From assembly GCA_049602435.1 (NCBI GenBank), contig JBMYRO010000006.1, positions 268 through 64,267 on the forward strand: 64,000 nt of DNA, written 5' to 3'. The stretch's first letter is position 1. Each line of letters begins with the position of its first letter. Below, one piece after another: positions 1 through 9,366 of this stretch. The notes beneath the pieces were generated by a model that made no database searches, was not told the origin of the DNA, and worked only from the letters and a program-made list of their open reading frames with translations. Source of the DNA: Hyphomicrobiales bacterium (GTDB lineage: Bacteria; Pseudomonadota; Alphaproteobacteria; Rhizobiales; TMED25). A program made the position numbers and the translations under genes.

Positions 1-1114
1 AATTACCTTCAGTTCTGCAACCCTTTTCTACATTTTTTTCAATAATATCAATAAGTTGTGTAATTCCTGTATCTTTTTTTGTTGAAATTGATACCTCTTT
101 ATTTTTGTGTATTGATATATCATTTTTAGCCCAAACCTCTATCACTTTATCTTTAATATTTTCAGGTGCAGGCTGGTTATTTTTTTTACTTGAGTCCATA
201 AGCCATAAAACCAAATCAGCTTCTGATATTTTCGTCCTTGCTCTTTCTATACCTATATCCTCTATTGAAGATCTGCCTTTCCTTATTCCTGCTGTATCTG
301 TAATAACAACAGGAAAACCTGCTATATTTAGATATGCATCAATGCTATCCCTTGTTGTTCCAGCTTGAGATGAGACAATAGCAATATCTCTCTTTGATAA
401 ATGGTTCAATAAACTAGATTTTCCAGTATTAGGTGGACCCGCAATTATGATATGAAACCCATCCCTTAACCTTTCACCTTTATTAGAGTCATTTAAATGA
501 ATATCTAGTTCTTGAATTAATGTCTTTATTTCATTAAGTTGCTCGTTAAGAAGATTCTCAGGTATTTCTTCTTCAACAAAATCTATTGTAGCTTCCAAAT
601 ACGATAAATTTTTGACTATTTGCTTCTTCCATTTGTTGTAAAGGTTTGATAGCTTTCCGTCCATTTGATCAAATGCTTGTTTTCTCTGAAACTCAGTGTC
701 CGCATTAATTAAATCTGCCATACCTTCAATCTCAAGAAGATCTAGTTTGCCGTTCAAGAAAGCTCTCTTGGTAAATTCACCTGCTTCAGCATAAACAAAA
801 TTATATTGTTGTGAGAGAATTTTAAAAATTAGGTCCTTGATTGCATTGCCACCATGAATATGAAGTTCAACAACATCTTCCCCAGTAAAACTCCGTGGAG
901 CTTTAAAATAGGTTACCAAGGCATTATCAATTGCTTCACCAGTTTTTGCATTGGTTAATCGTGCTAATTTAAATTGGTTAGGCATAGGTATTGCTATACC
1001 AAAAATTGAAAATATATCTTTAGCATTCGAACCAGATATTCTCAATACAGATACACCAGCTTTACCTGGTGCGGATGAAAGTGCATATATTGTATTAGTG
1101 TTGTTGCTATACAT
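1..1114 (-). CDS. mnmE: tRNA modification GTPase MnmE (TrmE), C-terminal end cut by window edge
   Basis: Absent from the ORF track because it runs off the left edge. My reverse translation from the ATG at 1114..1112 gives MYSNNTNTIYALSSAPGKAGVSVLRISG...VELHIHGG. Further on, in the same frame, come the G-domain P-loop GPPNTGKSSLLN and DTAGIR. The frame is open to base 1. Confidence 0.9.
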   Translation of the reverse strand, partial: MYSNNTNTIYALSSAPGKAGVSVLRISGSNAKDIFSIFGIAIPMPNQFKLARLTNAKTGEAIDNALVTYFKAPRSFTGEDVVELHIHGGNAIKDLIFKILSQQYNFVYAEAGEFTKRAFLNGKLDLLEIEGMADLINADTEFQRKQAFDQMDGKLSNLYNKWKKQIVKNLSYLEATIDFVEEEIPENLLNEQLNEIKTLIQELDIHLNDSNKGERLRDGFHIIIAGPPNTGKSSLLNHLSKRDIAIVSSQAGTTRDSIDAYLNIAGFPVVITDTAGIRKGRSSIEDIGIERARTKISEADLVLWLMDSSKKNNQPAPENIKDKVIEVWAKNDISIHKNKEVSISTKKDTGITQLIDIIEKNVEKGCRTEGN

Positions 1115-1209
1115 AAAAAACTACTTAACTTTTAAAAATATTATTACAATAAAACCAAAATATATTCTAATTTATTCGATATAAATAAAAAACTTGGAGA
1201 TCCATTCTA

Positions 1210-2181
1210 ATGAAAAAGATAATGATAAATGAATTTGGCGATGAATCAAAAATGATACTCAATGAAGTTGATACACCATCACCAAAAGATAATGAGGTTT
1301 TGGTTCAACACAAAGCAATTGGAATAAACTTCATTGATATATATCAAAGAACTGGATTATATCCTTTGAATTTACCTTCTTCTCTTGGCCTAGAGGCATC
1401 AGGTGTTGTTGAAGCGATTGGTGCTGATGTCAAAAATTTTAAAGTTGGTGATAGAGTTTGTTATTGCAATGGTCCACTTGGAGCTTATGGAACACATAAT
1501 TTAGTTCCAGAAAATTTACTTGTTCACTTACCAGACGAAATAGAATTTGAAACAATAGCAAGTGGATTGCTTAAAGGAGTGACAGCTTATTTTTTATTAC
1601 ACGATATTTACCAAGTTGGAAGTGAAGATACTATATTATTTCATGCGGCAGCTGGCGGTGTTGGATCTATTGCAACTGCTTGGGCTAGAGCACTTGGAGC
1701 AACAGTGATTGGTACGGTTGGTTCGAGCGAGAAAGAAAAATACGCAAGTGAAAATGGTTGTGATTATGTAATAAATTATAGAACTCACAATTTCAAAGAT
1801 GAAGTAATGAAAATTACTAATAATGAAGGAGTTGCTGTAGTTTATGAGTCTATTGGGAAAGAGACTATTGTTGACTCTATGGACTCTTTAAAAAGAAGAG
1901 GCTTATTGTGCAGTTTTGGAAATGCATCTGGAGTGCCTGAACCGATTAATATCCTTGATTTAATGAGAAAAGGATCACTTTATCTAACAAGACCTACTTT
2001 ATTTGATTATGTTAAAACTAGAGAACAACTAGAAAATGCCTCTAGCAAATTTTTTGATGTTTTAAAAAGCGGAAAAGTTAAAGTTGATGTACAGCAGAAA
2101 TTTGATCTTGCTGATATTGGAAAAGCTCACGCTTCTGTAGCTGAAAGAAAGACAATAGGGACTACAATTATAATACCATAG
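1210..2181 (+). CDS. qor: NADPH:quinone oxidoreductase (zeta-crystallin / MDR family)
   Basis: 323 aa. Matches recalled E. coli Qor along its length: KAIGINFID, LGLEASG, FHAAAGGVGS nucleotide-binding motif, SFGNASG. GGAGA RBS lies upstream. Confidence 0.85.
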   Translation: MKKIMINEFGDESKMILNEVDTPSPKDNEVLVQHKAIGINFIDIYQRTGLYPLNLPSSLGLEASGVVEAIGADVKNFKVGDRVCYCNGPLGAYGTHNLVPENLLVHLPDEIEFETIASGLLKGVTAYFLLHDIYQVGSEDTILFHAAAGGVGSIATAWARALGATVIGTVGSSEKEKYASENGCDYVINYRTHNFKDEVMKITNNEGVAVVYESIGKETIVDSMDSLKRRGLLCSFGNASGVPEPINILDLMRKGSLYLTRPTLFDYVKTREQLENASSKFFDVLKSGKVKVDVQQKFDLADIGKAHASVAERKTIGTTIIIP

Positions 2182-2187
2182 TAGTGC

Positions 2188-3480
2188 TTAGGTATTCATA
2201 GTTTCAAAAAATTCTTTATTATCTTTAGTTTGAGAGATTTTATCCAACAAGAATTCCATAGCATCAACCGTCCCCATCGGATTTAAAATTCTTCTTAGGA
2301 CAAACATCTTTTTGAGAGTCGCATCACCAATTAGAAGTTCTTCTTTTCTTGTACCTGATCGTAAAATGTCCATAGATGGGAATACCCTTTTGTCAGATAC
2401 TTTTCTATCAAGGATTATTTCAGAGTTACCTGTACCTTTAAATTCTTCAAAAATAACTTCATCCATTCTACTTCCAGTATCAATCAAGGCAGTTGAAATA
2501 ATTGTAAGAGAACCACCTTCCTCAATATTTCTTGCAGCACCAAAAAATCTTTTTGGTCGTTGCAGAGCATTCGCATCAACACCACCTGTTAGAACCTTAC
2601 CTGATGATGGAACAACAGTATTATAAGCCCTGCCTAATCTGGTTATGGAATCCAGTAATATTACGACATCCCTTCCATGTTCAACCAATCTCTTCGCTTT
2701 TTCTATAACCATTTCAGCAACTTGAACGTGTCTTGATGCTGGTTCATCAAATGTTGATGAAACAACCTCTCCCTTGACTGATCTTTGCATATCTGTGACC
2801 TCTTCAGGTCTTTCATCAATTAAAAGAACAATAAGGTAGCATTCAGGATGGTTTGACGTTATGGAATGCGCAATATTCTGCAATAATACAGTTTTCCCAG
2901 TTCTTGGAGGAGCTACAATTAGACCTCTTTGACCTTTTCCAAGAGGAGCTACAATATCAATTATCCTGCCACTTTTATCTTTCAATGAAGGATCGAGAAT
3001 TTCCATAACTAGAGACTGATCAGGATATAGAGGAGTCAAATTATCAAAATTAATTTTATGACGGCTTTTTTCAGGCTCTTCAAAATTTATTGTATTTACC
3101 TTTAGAAGAGCGAAATATCTCTCGCCTTCTTTTGGACTTCTAATTTCACCTTCAATACTATCACCGGTGCGAAGTGTAAATCTTCTAATTTGACTAGGGC
3201 TTACATAAATATCATCTGGGCCTGGAAGATAATTTGCATCTGGGGATCTTATGAAACCAAAACCATCTTGTAAAACTTCTACTACTCCATCACCAATTAT
3301 AGTTATGTCTTTTTCTGCAAGTCTTTTAAGAATGGCGAACAGCAACTCTTGTTTTCTTAATGTACTTGCGTTTTCAATTTCATAATCTTCAGCAATAGAG
3401 AGAAGTTCAGCTGGTTTTTTTTCTTTCAGGTCTTTAAGACGCACCTGATTTCCAATTATTTCGATTTTGTTTTCAGTCAT
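2188..3480 (-). CDS. rho: transcription termination factor Rho
   Basis: 430 aa. RNA-binding segment [10 protein letters not shown], Walker [12 protein letters not shown], Walker [12 protein letters not shown]-terminal RKEELL. Confidence 0.97.
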   Translation of the reverse strand: MTENKIEIIGNQVRLKDLKEKKPAELLSIAEDYEIENASTLRKQELLFAILKRLAEKDITIIGDGVVEVLQDGFGFIRSPDANYLPGPDDIYVSPSQIRRFTLRTGDSIEGEIRSPKEGERYFALLKVNTINFEEPEKSRHKINFDNLTPLYPDQSLVMEILDPSLKDKSGRIIDIVAPLGKGQRGLIVAPPRTGKTVLLQNIAHSITSNHPECYLIVLLIDERPEEVTDMQRSVKGEVVSSTFDEPASRHVQVAEMVIEKAKRLVEHGRDVVILLDSITRLGRAYNTVVPSSGKVLTGGVDANALQRPKRFFGAARNIEEGGSLTIISTALIDTGSRMDEVIFEEFKGTGNSEIILDRKVSDKRVFPSMDILRSGTRKEELLIGDATLKKMFVLRRILNPMGTVDAMEFLLDKISQTKDNKEFFETMNT

Positions 3481-3559
3481 TTTTATGATTTATTGTAAGA
3501 AATTACTTGGTATGAACTTTATATATACCACAAATTCCGGAGATTATCAAAAGAAAAAG

Positions 3560-4006
3560 TTAGGGTTTTAGTATCACTAAAAAAACAATTACTATTATCA
3601 AGAGTGTTGGTACTTCATTTATAACCCTGAAATATTTTTGTGATTTTATATTTTTATCATCTTGGAATTTTTTCATACTTCCAATCAAGAAGCCATGATA
3701 TGCAGATAAGATTATGACGAATAATAATTTCCAGTGAAACCAAAAATCCGTTTTAAAATCGATTACACCATAATAAAAAATTAACAATAATGCTAGAAAC
3801 CATGTTGCTAACATAGCAGGTGTCATTATATATCTTGCGAGCCTATACTCCATTGTTTTTAATAACTCAGATGCTTCAGAACCAACTTTTAAATCTGAGT
3901 GATATACAAATAATCTTGGCAAGTATAATAAAGCTGCTGACCATGCAATTACAGCAATTATGTGCAGTGCTTTTACAATTAAGTATGAAACGCTTTCATC
4001 AATCAT
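3560..4006 (-). CDS. hemJ: protoporphyrinogen IX oxidase HemJ (UPF0093 family membrane protein)
   Basis: 148 aa with about 4 TM segments. N-terminus KALHIIAVIAWSAALLYLPRLFVYH is the HemJ family signature. ATGA overlap with the hemE stop suggests translational coupling. Confidence 0.88.
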   Translation of the reverse strand: MIDESVSYLIVKALHIIAVIAWSAALLYLPRLFVYHSDLKVGSEASELLKTMEYRLARYIMTPAMLATWFLALLLIFYYGVIDFKTDFWFHWKLLFVIILSAYHGFLIGSMKKFQDDKNIKSQKYFRVINEVPTLLIIVIVFLVILKP

Positions 4007-5028
4007 TTATGGCTCCTGATAATTTCTACGAGTTTTTTTACATTTTCAGGTGGTGTCTCTTTCAAAATACCATGCCCAAGACCTATGATAAAGGGATGAT
4101 TTCTAAAATTTTCAATATTTTCTATGATGTCGTCTTCAAGAATCTTACCTCCCACTAGTAATATTTCAGGAGAGATGTTTCCCTGTAAAACAACATTTTC
4201 TTGTAATGTTTCTACAGCTTTAATTCTGTCAAATGTATGATCTAATGCAATTATATCAACATTAGTTTGATCAATAAAAGACTCATAAAAATTTGTTGAG
4301 CCTTTGGGAAATCCAATTATTGGTGTATTTGGGTAAGTCTTTTTGAGAGAAAGTGTAATTTTTTTTGTGGGTTTAATTACCCAATTCTCAAATTGTTCTT
4401 GATTCAATACACCAGCCCAAGAGTCAAAAATTTTTACAACATCTGCTCCTGCTTGGATTTGTAAACCGAGATAGTCAATTGATAATTCAGCAAGAATATT
4501 TAGTGTTTCATTCGCAGTTATTGGATTTTGTTCCATCCAGTCAATGGTTTGCTTAAAGTCAGACTGTGACGTTCCATTTATAAGATATGATAAGACTGTC
4601 CATGGTGCTCCACAAAAACCAATTAAACTTTTTTCCTTAAGAAGCCTAGCACGTGTTAATTTAATAGAGTCCATAACATTCATTAGTTTAGAATTTTCTA
4701 CAGAAATAGGCTTATTGAGTAGGGAAGACTCTCTAAGGTTAGGTTGAATGATTGGCCCAATTTTATCCTGGAAACTTAAATTGAAATTCATATTTTCAGA
4801 AATTAAAAGAATATCAGCAAAAATAATTGCTGCGTCAAAATCAAAACGTCTTATTGGTTGTAATGTGACTTCCGAAGCATACTCAGGTGTGTAACAGAGG
4901 TCTAAAAAGCTACCTGCTTTTTTTCTTACATCATTATACTCAGGAAGATATCTTCCTGCTTGTCTCATTAACCATACAGGAGGTGGCCATATTTTTTCAC
5001 CTTCACAAATTTTACACAAAACTGTCAT
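4003..5028 (-). CDS. hemE: uroporphyrinogen decarboxylase
   Basis: 341 aa. Signature PVWLMRQAGRYLPEY near the N-terminus, then FDAAIIFADIL. Confidence 0.95.
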   Translation of the reverse strand: MTVLCKICEGEKIWPPPVWLMRQAGRYLPEYNDVRKKAGSFLDLCYTPEYASEVTLQPIRRFDFDAAIIFADILLISENMNFNLSFQDKIGPIIQPNLRESSLLNKPISVENSKLMNVMDSIKLTRARLLKEKSLIGFCGAPWTVLSYLINGTSQSDFKQTIDWMEQNPITANETLNILAELSIDYLGLQIQAGADVVKIFDSWAGVLNQEQFENWVIKPTKKITLSLKKTYPNTPIIGFPKGSTNFYESFIDQTNVDIIALDHTFDRIKAVETLQENVVLQGNISPEILLVGGKILEDDIIENIENFRNHPFIIGLGHGILKETPPENVKKLVEIIRSHK

Positions 5029-5064
5029 AACATATATTATAAAGTGTTATTGTTATTGTTACTT

Positions 5065-5073
5065 TGTGGATAA
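5065..5073 (-). promoter_or_regulatory. DnaA box, 9/9 match (TGTGGATAA, the reverse complement of TTATCCACA)
   Basis: Read directly from ...actttgtggataatgg.... Immediately preceded by tandem TGTTAT TGTTAT TGTTAC at 5045-5062. Confidence 0.6.
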
Positions 5074-5097
5074 TGGTGTTTATTTTCCATCAACAGA

Positions 5098-5106
5098 ATA
5101 TCCACA
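5098..5106 (+). promoter_or_regulatory. DnaA-box-like 9-mer, 8/9 (ATATCCACA), inverted relative to the 5065 box
   Basis: Read directly from ...cagaatatccacaatc.... It lies 24 bp from the perfect box. Confidence 0.45.
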
Positions 5107-5237
5107 ATCATAAATATGATAATAGTATTAATATATCAATATATACCTTCTCACAGAAAAAATGTAATAATCATCCCTTAATGTTGATAGCATGGTGTTT
5201 GAGTTAATATTCTTATATAATATTTGTGTGTATATCC

Positions 5238-5246
5238 TGTAGATAA
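5238..5246 (-). promoter_or_regulatory. DnaA-box-like 9-mer, 8/9 (TGTAGATAA)
   Basis: Read directly from ...atcctgtagataaactg.... Same orientation as the perfect box. Confidence 0.35.
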
Positions 5247-5392
5247 ACTGTTTATAAAGTATTGAAATTATTACTTATTAACAAATGTGTATATGAAGTT
5301 ATTAGTTATACAGAAATAAATAAATGTTAATAAATATTGGAAAAAGTGTATAAAATAAAACACGTTTTATTTTTATTAGAACTTTTACCTAA

Positions 5393-6256
5393 TTGTTCAC
5401 ATTATTGGAGTTTTTATTAACAGTGTCTGTTGAAAAAAAAATTAATTATAATATTCATATGGTCAGTGACTCAACTGGTGAAACCTTAACTACAATTGCA
5501 AAAGCAGTATTAGTTCAATATAAAAATCTTAAATTTGAGCAGCATATGCACTCATTAGTAAGAAATAAAAAGCAAATAGAGCAAGTTTATGAGGATATCA
5601 AGAAAAACCCAGGTATCGTGTTATGTACACTTTATGACTTTGAATTAAAGAAGGCTTTGCAGACACTTTGTGAGGATCTGAATATCCCATTAATAGATCC
5701 GCTGGATAGCATCCATCAATCTCTAACCACTTTATATGGAATAAAAGGTAGTCCAATTATTGGTGGTCAGCATCAATTGAATACTGAATATTTTGAAAGA
5801 ATTGATGCGATGAATTATACATTGGCACATGATGATGGTGTTATTTCAAATGATCTTAACTCAGCTGATGTTGTTTTAGTCGGTGTAAGCCGAACATCGA
5901 AAACACCTACAAGCATTTATTTAGCTAATAGAGGAATTAAGACAGCTAATATACCATTTGTAAATGGAATACCGTTACCAAAAGAATTAGCTATGATAAA
6001 AGACCCATTAGTAGTTGGGTTAGTTGCAACTCCAGAGAGAATTATCCAAATTAGAAAAAACAGATTGATGGCACTAAATGCAAAAGATGACAGCAACTAT
6101 GTTGATAAAAGAATGGTAAGTGAGGAAATTGTGCAGGCAAAAAAATACTTTGAAAATAATAAATGGCCTGTCATTGATGTAACTAGAAAATCAATTGAGG
6201 AAACGGCTGCTGAAATAATGTTACTCTATAGAGCTAAGAAATCACATGACAAGTAA
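5393..6256 (+). CDS. pyruvate,phosphate dikinase / PEP synthetase regulatory protein family (DUF299, bifunctional kinase-pyrophosphorylase)
   Basis: Contains VSDSTGETL and the P-loop GVSRTSKTPTS. The track start at 5393 is TTG. An in-frame GTG at 5423 (MSVEKKINYNIHMVSDSTGE) fits the usual short N-terminus better. Confidence 0.88.
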   Translation: MFTLLEFLLTVSVEKKINYNIHMVSDSTGETLTTIAKAVLVQYKNLKFEQHMHSLVRNKKQIEQVYEDIKKNPGIVLCTLYDFELKKALQTLCEDLNIPLIDPLDSIHQSLTTLYGIKGSPIIGGQHQLNTEYFERIDAMNYTLAHDDGVISNDLNSADVVLVGVSRTSKTPTSIYLANRGIKTANIPFVNGIPLPKELAMIKDPLVVGLVATPERIIQIRKNRLMALNAKDDSNYVDKRMVSEEIVQAKKYFENNKWPVIDVTRKSIEETAAEIMLLYRAKKSHDK

Positions 6257-6854
6257 CCAAATAATATTAGCATCTAAAAGTTCTGTGAGAAAAAATTTAC
6301 TGAGTAATTCAGGAATTGAATTTGAGGCAATTGGATCAGATTACGATGAAAAGAAACTCCAAGATCGGTATCTTAATAAAAATTGTTCTATTGATGATGT
6401 TAAATATTTAGTAGAAGAACTTTCATTCCAAAAGGCATTAGCTGTATCAAAATCCAATGAGAACTCATTAATAATTGGTTGTGATCAAATCCTATATTTT
6501 AATAAGAAGATAATGTTAAAACCAAAGAATATAGAAGAATCAAAGGAACAGTTAAGACAATTAAGTGGTAAAAGTCATAAATTAATTACCGCTACTTTAT
6601 GTGTACTAAATAACAACAAAGTCTGGTCCTATATTTCGGAACAAAATATGAAGATGAGAATATTTTCAGATAATTTTATTGATGGATACATATCAAAGAT
6701 GAACAATAACCTATTATCAATTGTCGGTGGGTATGAAATAGAAGGTTTAGGGATAAATTTATTTGATGAAATAGGTGATGACTTATTCTCAATTCAAGGT
6801 ATATCAATCTTAAATCTATTAAATTATTTGAGAAAAATGGATTACATAGAATGA
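6246..6854 (+). CDS. maf: Maf-like nucleoside triphosphate pyrophosphatase
   Basis: 202 aa. ILASKSSVRKNLL N-terminus, GCDQIL, GGYEIEG. Sits in the conserved position between DUF299 and coaE. Confidence 0.85.
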   Translation: MTSNQIILASKSSVRKNLLSNSGIEFEAIGSDYDEKKLQDRYLNKNCSIDDVKYLVEELSFQKALAVSKSNENSLIIGCDQILYFNKKIMLKPKNIEESKEQLRQLSGKSHKLITATLCVLNNNKVWSYISEQNMKMRIFSDNFIDGYISKMNNNLLSIVGGYEIEGLGINLFDEIGDDLFSIQGISILNLLNYLRKMDYIE

Positions 6855-7435
6855 TTAAAGTAGGACTAACCGGATCAATAGCCTCAGGTAAATCTTATGT
6901 TTTAAACTTATTTGGTGATTTATATAATATTCCAATTTTTAGCTCTGATGATTGTGTGAAAGAGCTCTATAAATCAAATGAGGAACTTAAAGATTTTGTA
7001 AAGAAACAAATTTTGAAGAAAGATGAGGAATTCAATAAAGTTAATATCTCAGCTAACGTGTTCAATAATGGTGATAAATTATCAAAATTAGAGAAATTTA
7101 TTCATCCTTTAGTAAAATTAGCGAGAGACAATTTTATTGAACAAGAGAAAAGAAATAACTCTAAAATGGTTATTGTAGAAGTTCCATTGTTATTTGAGAA
7201 AAAATTAGAAGATGAATTTGATTATGTAATCTTAGTAAAAACATCAAAAGAATTGCAAGAAAAAAGAGTATTACAAAGACCAAATATGACTTCAGAACTA
7301 TTCAGTAAAATCAAGAAAAAACAATTATCAGATAAACAAAAAGAAGCAAAATCTCATTTTATTCTAGATAATCTTAACCATGATGATACCGTTAATAACA
7401 TTGATAAAATAATGAAAAATTTTGATATTAATTAG
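6851..7435 (+). CDS. coaE: dephospho-CoA kinase
   Basis: 194 aa. P-loop GLTGSIASGKS at the N-terminus. 4-nt overlap with maf. Confidence 0.9.
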   Translation: MIKVGLTGSIASGKSYVLNLFGDLYNIPIFSSDDCVKELYKSNEELKDFVKKQILKKDEEFNKVNISANVFNNGDKLSKLEKFIHPLVKLARDNFIEQEKRNNSKMVIVEVPLLFEKKLEDEFDYVILVKTSKELQEKRVLQRPNMTSELFSKIKKKQLSDKQKEAKSHFILDNLNHDDTVNNIDKIMKNFDIN

Positions 7436-7437
7436 CT

Positions 7438-8133
7438 ATGAGAGAAGTTGTTGTTGACATAGAGACCACAGGTCTAGATCACAAAAAAGGTGATAAAATA
7501 ATTGAGATTGCATGCCTTGAATTAATTAACCATATTCCAACTGATAACTACTATCACGCATATATTAATCCAGATGGGAAAGAAATTTCCGAAGGTGCAT
7601 TCAAAGTCCATGGAATAAGTGAGGCATTTTTATCAGACAAACCTCTTTTCAGTGAAATAGCTGATGATTTTTTGGGATTTATAGGGGACTCACAAATTTT
7701 AGCCCATAACGCCTCCTTTGATGTTGGTTTTTTAAATAATGAACTATCAATTGAAAAAAAAATGACAATTACGGATGATAAAATAATTGATACTTTAGTT
7801 ATTGCTAGGAAAAAACACCCTGGTATGCCTAATAATTTAGATGCATTGTGTAGAAGATATAATATTTCAGAACAAAAAAGAGGATTGCATGATGCAAAAT
7901 CAGATTGTGAACTGCTAGCTCAGGTGTATATTGAATTAATTGGTGGTAGACAAAGCAATTTAGATTTAAACAAGCTAGATGAAGGTAATTCTTTTCAAAC
8001 AGAAAAAATCCAACCAAAATTACGAGAAAAAAGAAATTTAAATCTACTTAGTGAGTCTGAATTACAAAAACATAATGAATTTATATCAAAATTTATTTCA
8101 GATGCTATGTGGAATAAAAAAGAAGAAAATTAG
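7438..8133 (+). CDS. dnaQ: DNA polymerase III epsilon subunit (3'-5' proofreading exonuclease)
   Basis: 231 aa. Exo I VVDIETTGL, Exo II LAHNASFDVGFL, Exo III HDAKSDCELLAQVY. Confidence 0.93.
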   Translation: MREVVVDIETTGLDHKKGDKIIEIACLELINHIPTDNYYHAYINPDGKEISEGAFKVHGISEAFLSDKPLFSEIADDFLGFIGDSQILAHNASFDVGFLNNELSIEKKMTITDDKIIDTLVIARKKHPGMPNNLDALCRRYNISEQKRGLHDAKSDCELLAQVYIELIGGRQSNLDLNKLDEGNSFQTEKIQPKLREKRNLNLLSESELQKHNEFISKFISDAMWNKKEEN

Positions 8134-8567
8134 TGTTTTTGAATATTTTTTTCAAATAACTTAAGAAAATCTATCGGTTCTATATACAGTGGAGGAAAAC
8201 CACCGTCCCGGACGGTATCTGCTATAATTCTTCTCGCAAAAGGGAATAACATCCTCGGTATTTCCACTAAAATGACGAATGATTTGTTGCTTTCATCAAT
8301 ATTATTTAATTGAACAACAGATGCATATGAAAGTTCGACAATAAAGCATGGAGAGTCCTCAATTTCAGCTTGAACTTTTATTGTAATATCAACTTCATAA
8401 ACATCCTGTTCCTTATCTAATGTTGCTGCATTTACATTTACACTAACATTGATTTTTGGTTTGACCATCATGTGAGGTAATTTCGATGGCACCTGGGGAT
8501 TTTCGAAAGACAAATCTTTTGTGTATTGCCCTAAAAACTTGAAGCCTGATTTAAGTTCTTCACTCAT
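8130..8567 (-). CDS. secB: protein-export chaperone SecB
   Basis: 145 aa. Size and the motifs YTKDLSFENP and LFPFARRIIADTVRDGGFPPL are typical of SecB. Confidence 0.9.
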   Translation of the reverse strand: MSEELKSGFKFLGQYTKDLSFENPQVPSKLPHMMVKPKINVSVNVNAATLDKEQDVYEVDITIKVQAEIEDSPCFIVELSYASVVQLNNIDESNKSFVILVEIPRMLFPFARRIIADTVRDGGFPPLYIEPIDFLKLFEKNIQKH

Positions 8568-8704
8568 GTGATTACACTATTATTAAACACTTATATAATA
8601 GCACATACTAAAATTCGGTCAAATTATTGAAAAAATAGATAATTTTATTTTTATTTCACTATGAGTACCTATATATTAAATAGATTATCAAAGGACCTAT
8701 AAAC

Positions 8705-9352
8705 ATGGATATTATAAATATTATACTACTGATTGTTGTAATTTTTATATTCATGGTTTTACGTTCAGTATTGGGCAAAAGAACAGGCTTAGAAAAATCA
8801 ATAGTTATAGATTTCAAAGAGAAAAAAAATCTAATACCTAGAGATAAAATTGAAGACAAAGTTAAAGAACCAGAAGTAATAAACTTAAGTCAGCAATCCC
8901 AAGAATTTAGTGATGAAATAAATTTACTAGAGAAAAATATAAAATCATTCTCAATTGATTATTTTCTTGAAGGTGCAACAAAAGCCTATGAAATGACTCT
9001 TATTGCCTATTCCGAAGAAAATAAAGAAACACTCAACATGCTACTAGAAAAAAATATCTATGATGAATTTTTAGAATCTATAAATATGAGAAATATTAAG
9101 AACCAGAAACTTGAATATAGCATCATAAAAGTAAACAAATTAGATATAAGGGATATTGATATTAATAAAAATATTGCAAAAATCGATTTACATATTGATG
9201 CGGATAATGAATTTGTTCTCACTGAATTAAAAGACGAAGAGAAATCAATTAATAAAAATAAGGCACACGTTAAAGAAATCTGGACATTTACAAAGAAATT
9301 AAATTCCCGGAATCCAAATTGGAAAGTAAGTGAAATTAGTCGTTTAAATTAA
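8705..9352 (+). CDS. Tim44-like domain protein with N-terminal TM anchor
   Basis: 215 aa. One N-terminal TM helix followed by a C-terminal domain of Tim44-like length. The divergent pairing with secB is conserved in alphaproteobacteria. Confidence 0.7.
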   Translation: MDIINIILLIVVIFIFMVLRSVLGKRTGLEKSIVIDFKEKKNLIPRDKIEDKVKEPEVINLSQQSQEFSDEINLLEKNIKSFSIDYFLEGATKAYEMTLIAYSEENKETLNMLLEKNIYDEFLESINMRNIKNQKLEYSIIKVNKLDIRDIDINKNIAKIDLHIDADNEFVLTELKDEEKSINKNKAHVKEIWTFTKKLNSRNPNWKVSEISRLN

Positions 9353-9366
9353 GGCATTTAGAAAGA

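Larger units (their letters stand above)
5029..5392. other. oriC: candidate chromosomal replication origin (hemE-adjacent, Cori-type)
   Basis: Second-largest spacer in the window, very AT-rich, between divergent hemE and the DUF299 gene, followed by maf-coaE-dnaQ. This matches the context of the Caulobacter Cori. It holds one perfect and several degenerate DnaA boxes (listed as separate features). Confidence 0.5.

Noticed and set aside
5029-5392. CtrA binding sites (TTAA-N7-TTAA) in the candidate origin, as in Caulobacter Cori.
   Set aside because: I checked every TTAA in the spacer (5128, 5178, 5204, 5278, 5327). None has a second TTAA at the +11 position.
8659-8859. 66-aa minus-strand ORF in the secB/tim44 divergent region.
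   Set aside because: It overlaps the start and TM-anchor region of the Tim44-like gene in antisense. Its hydrophobic composition mirrors the TM helix codons and there is no independent support.
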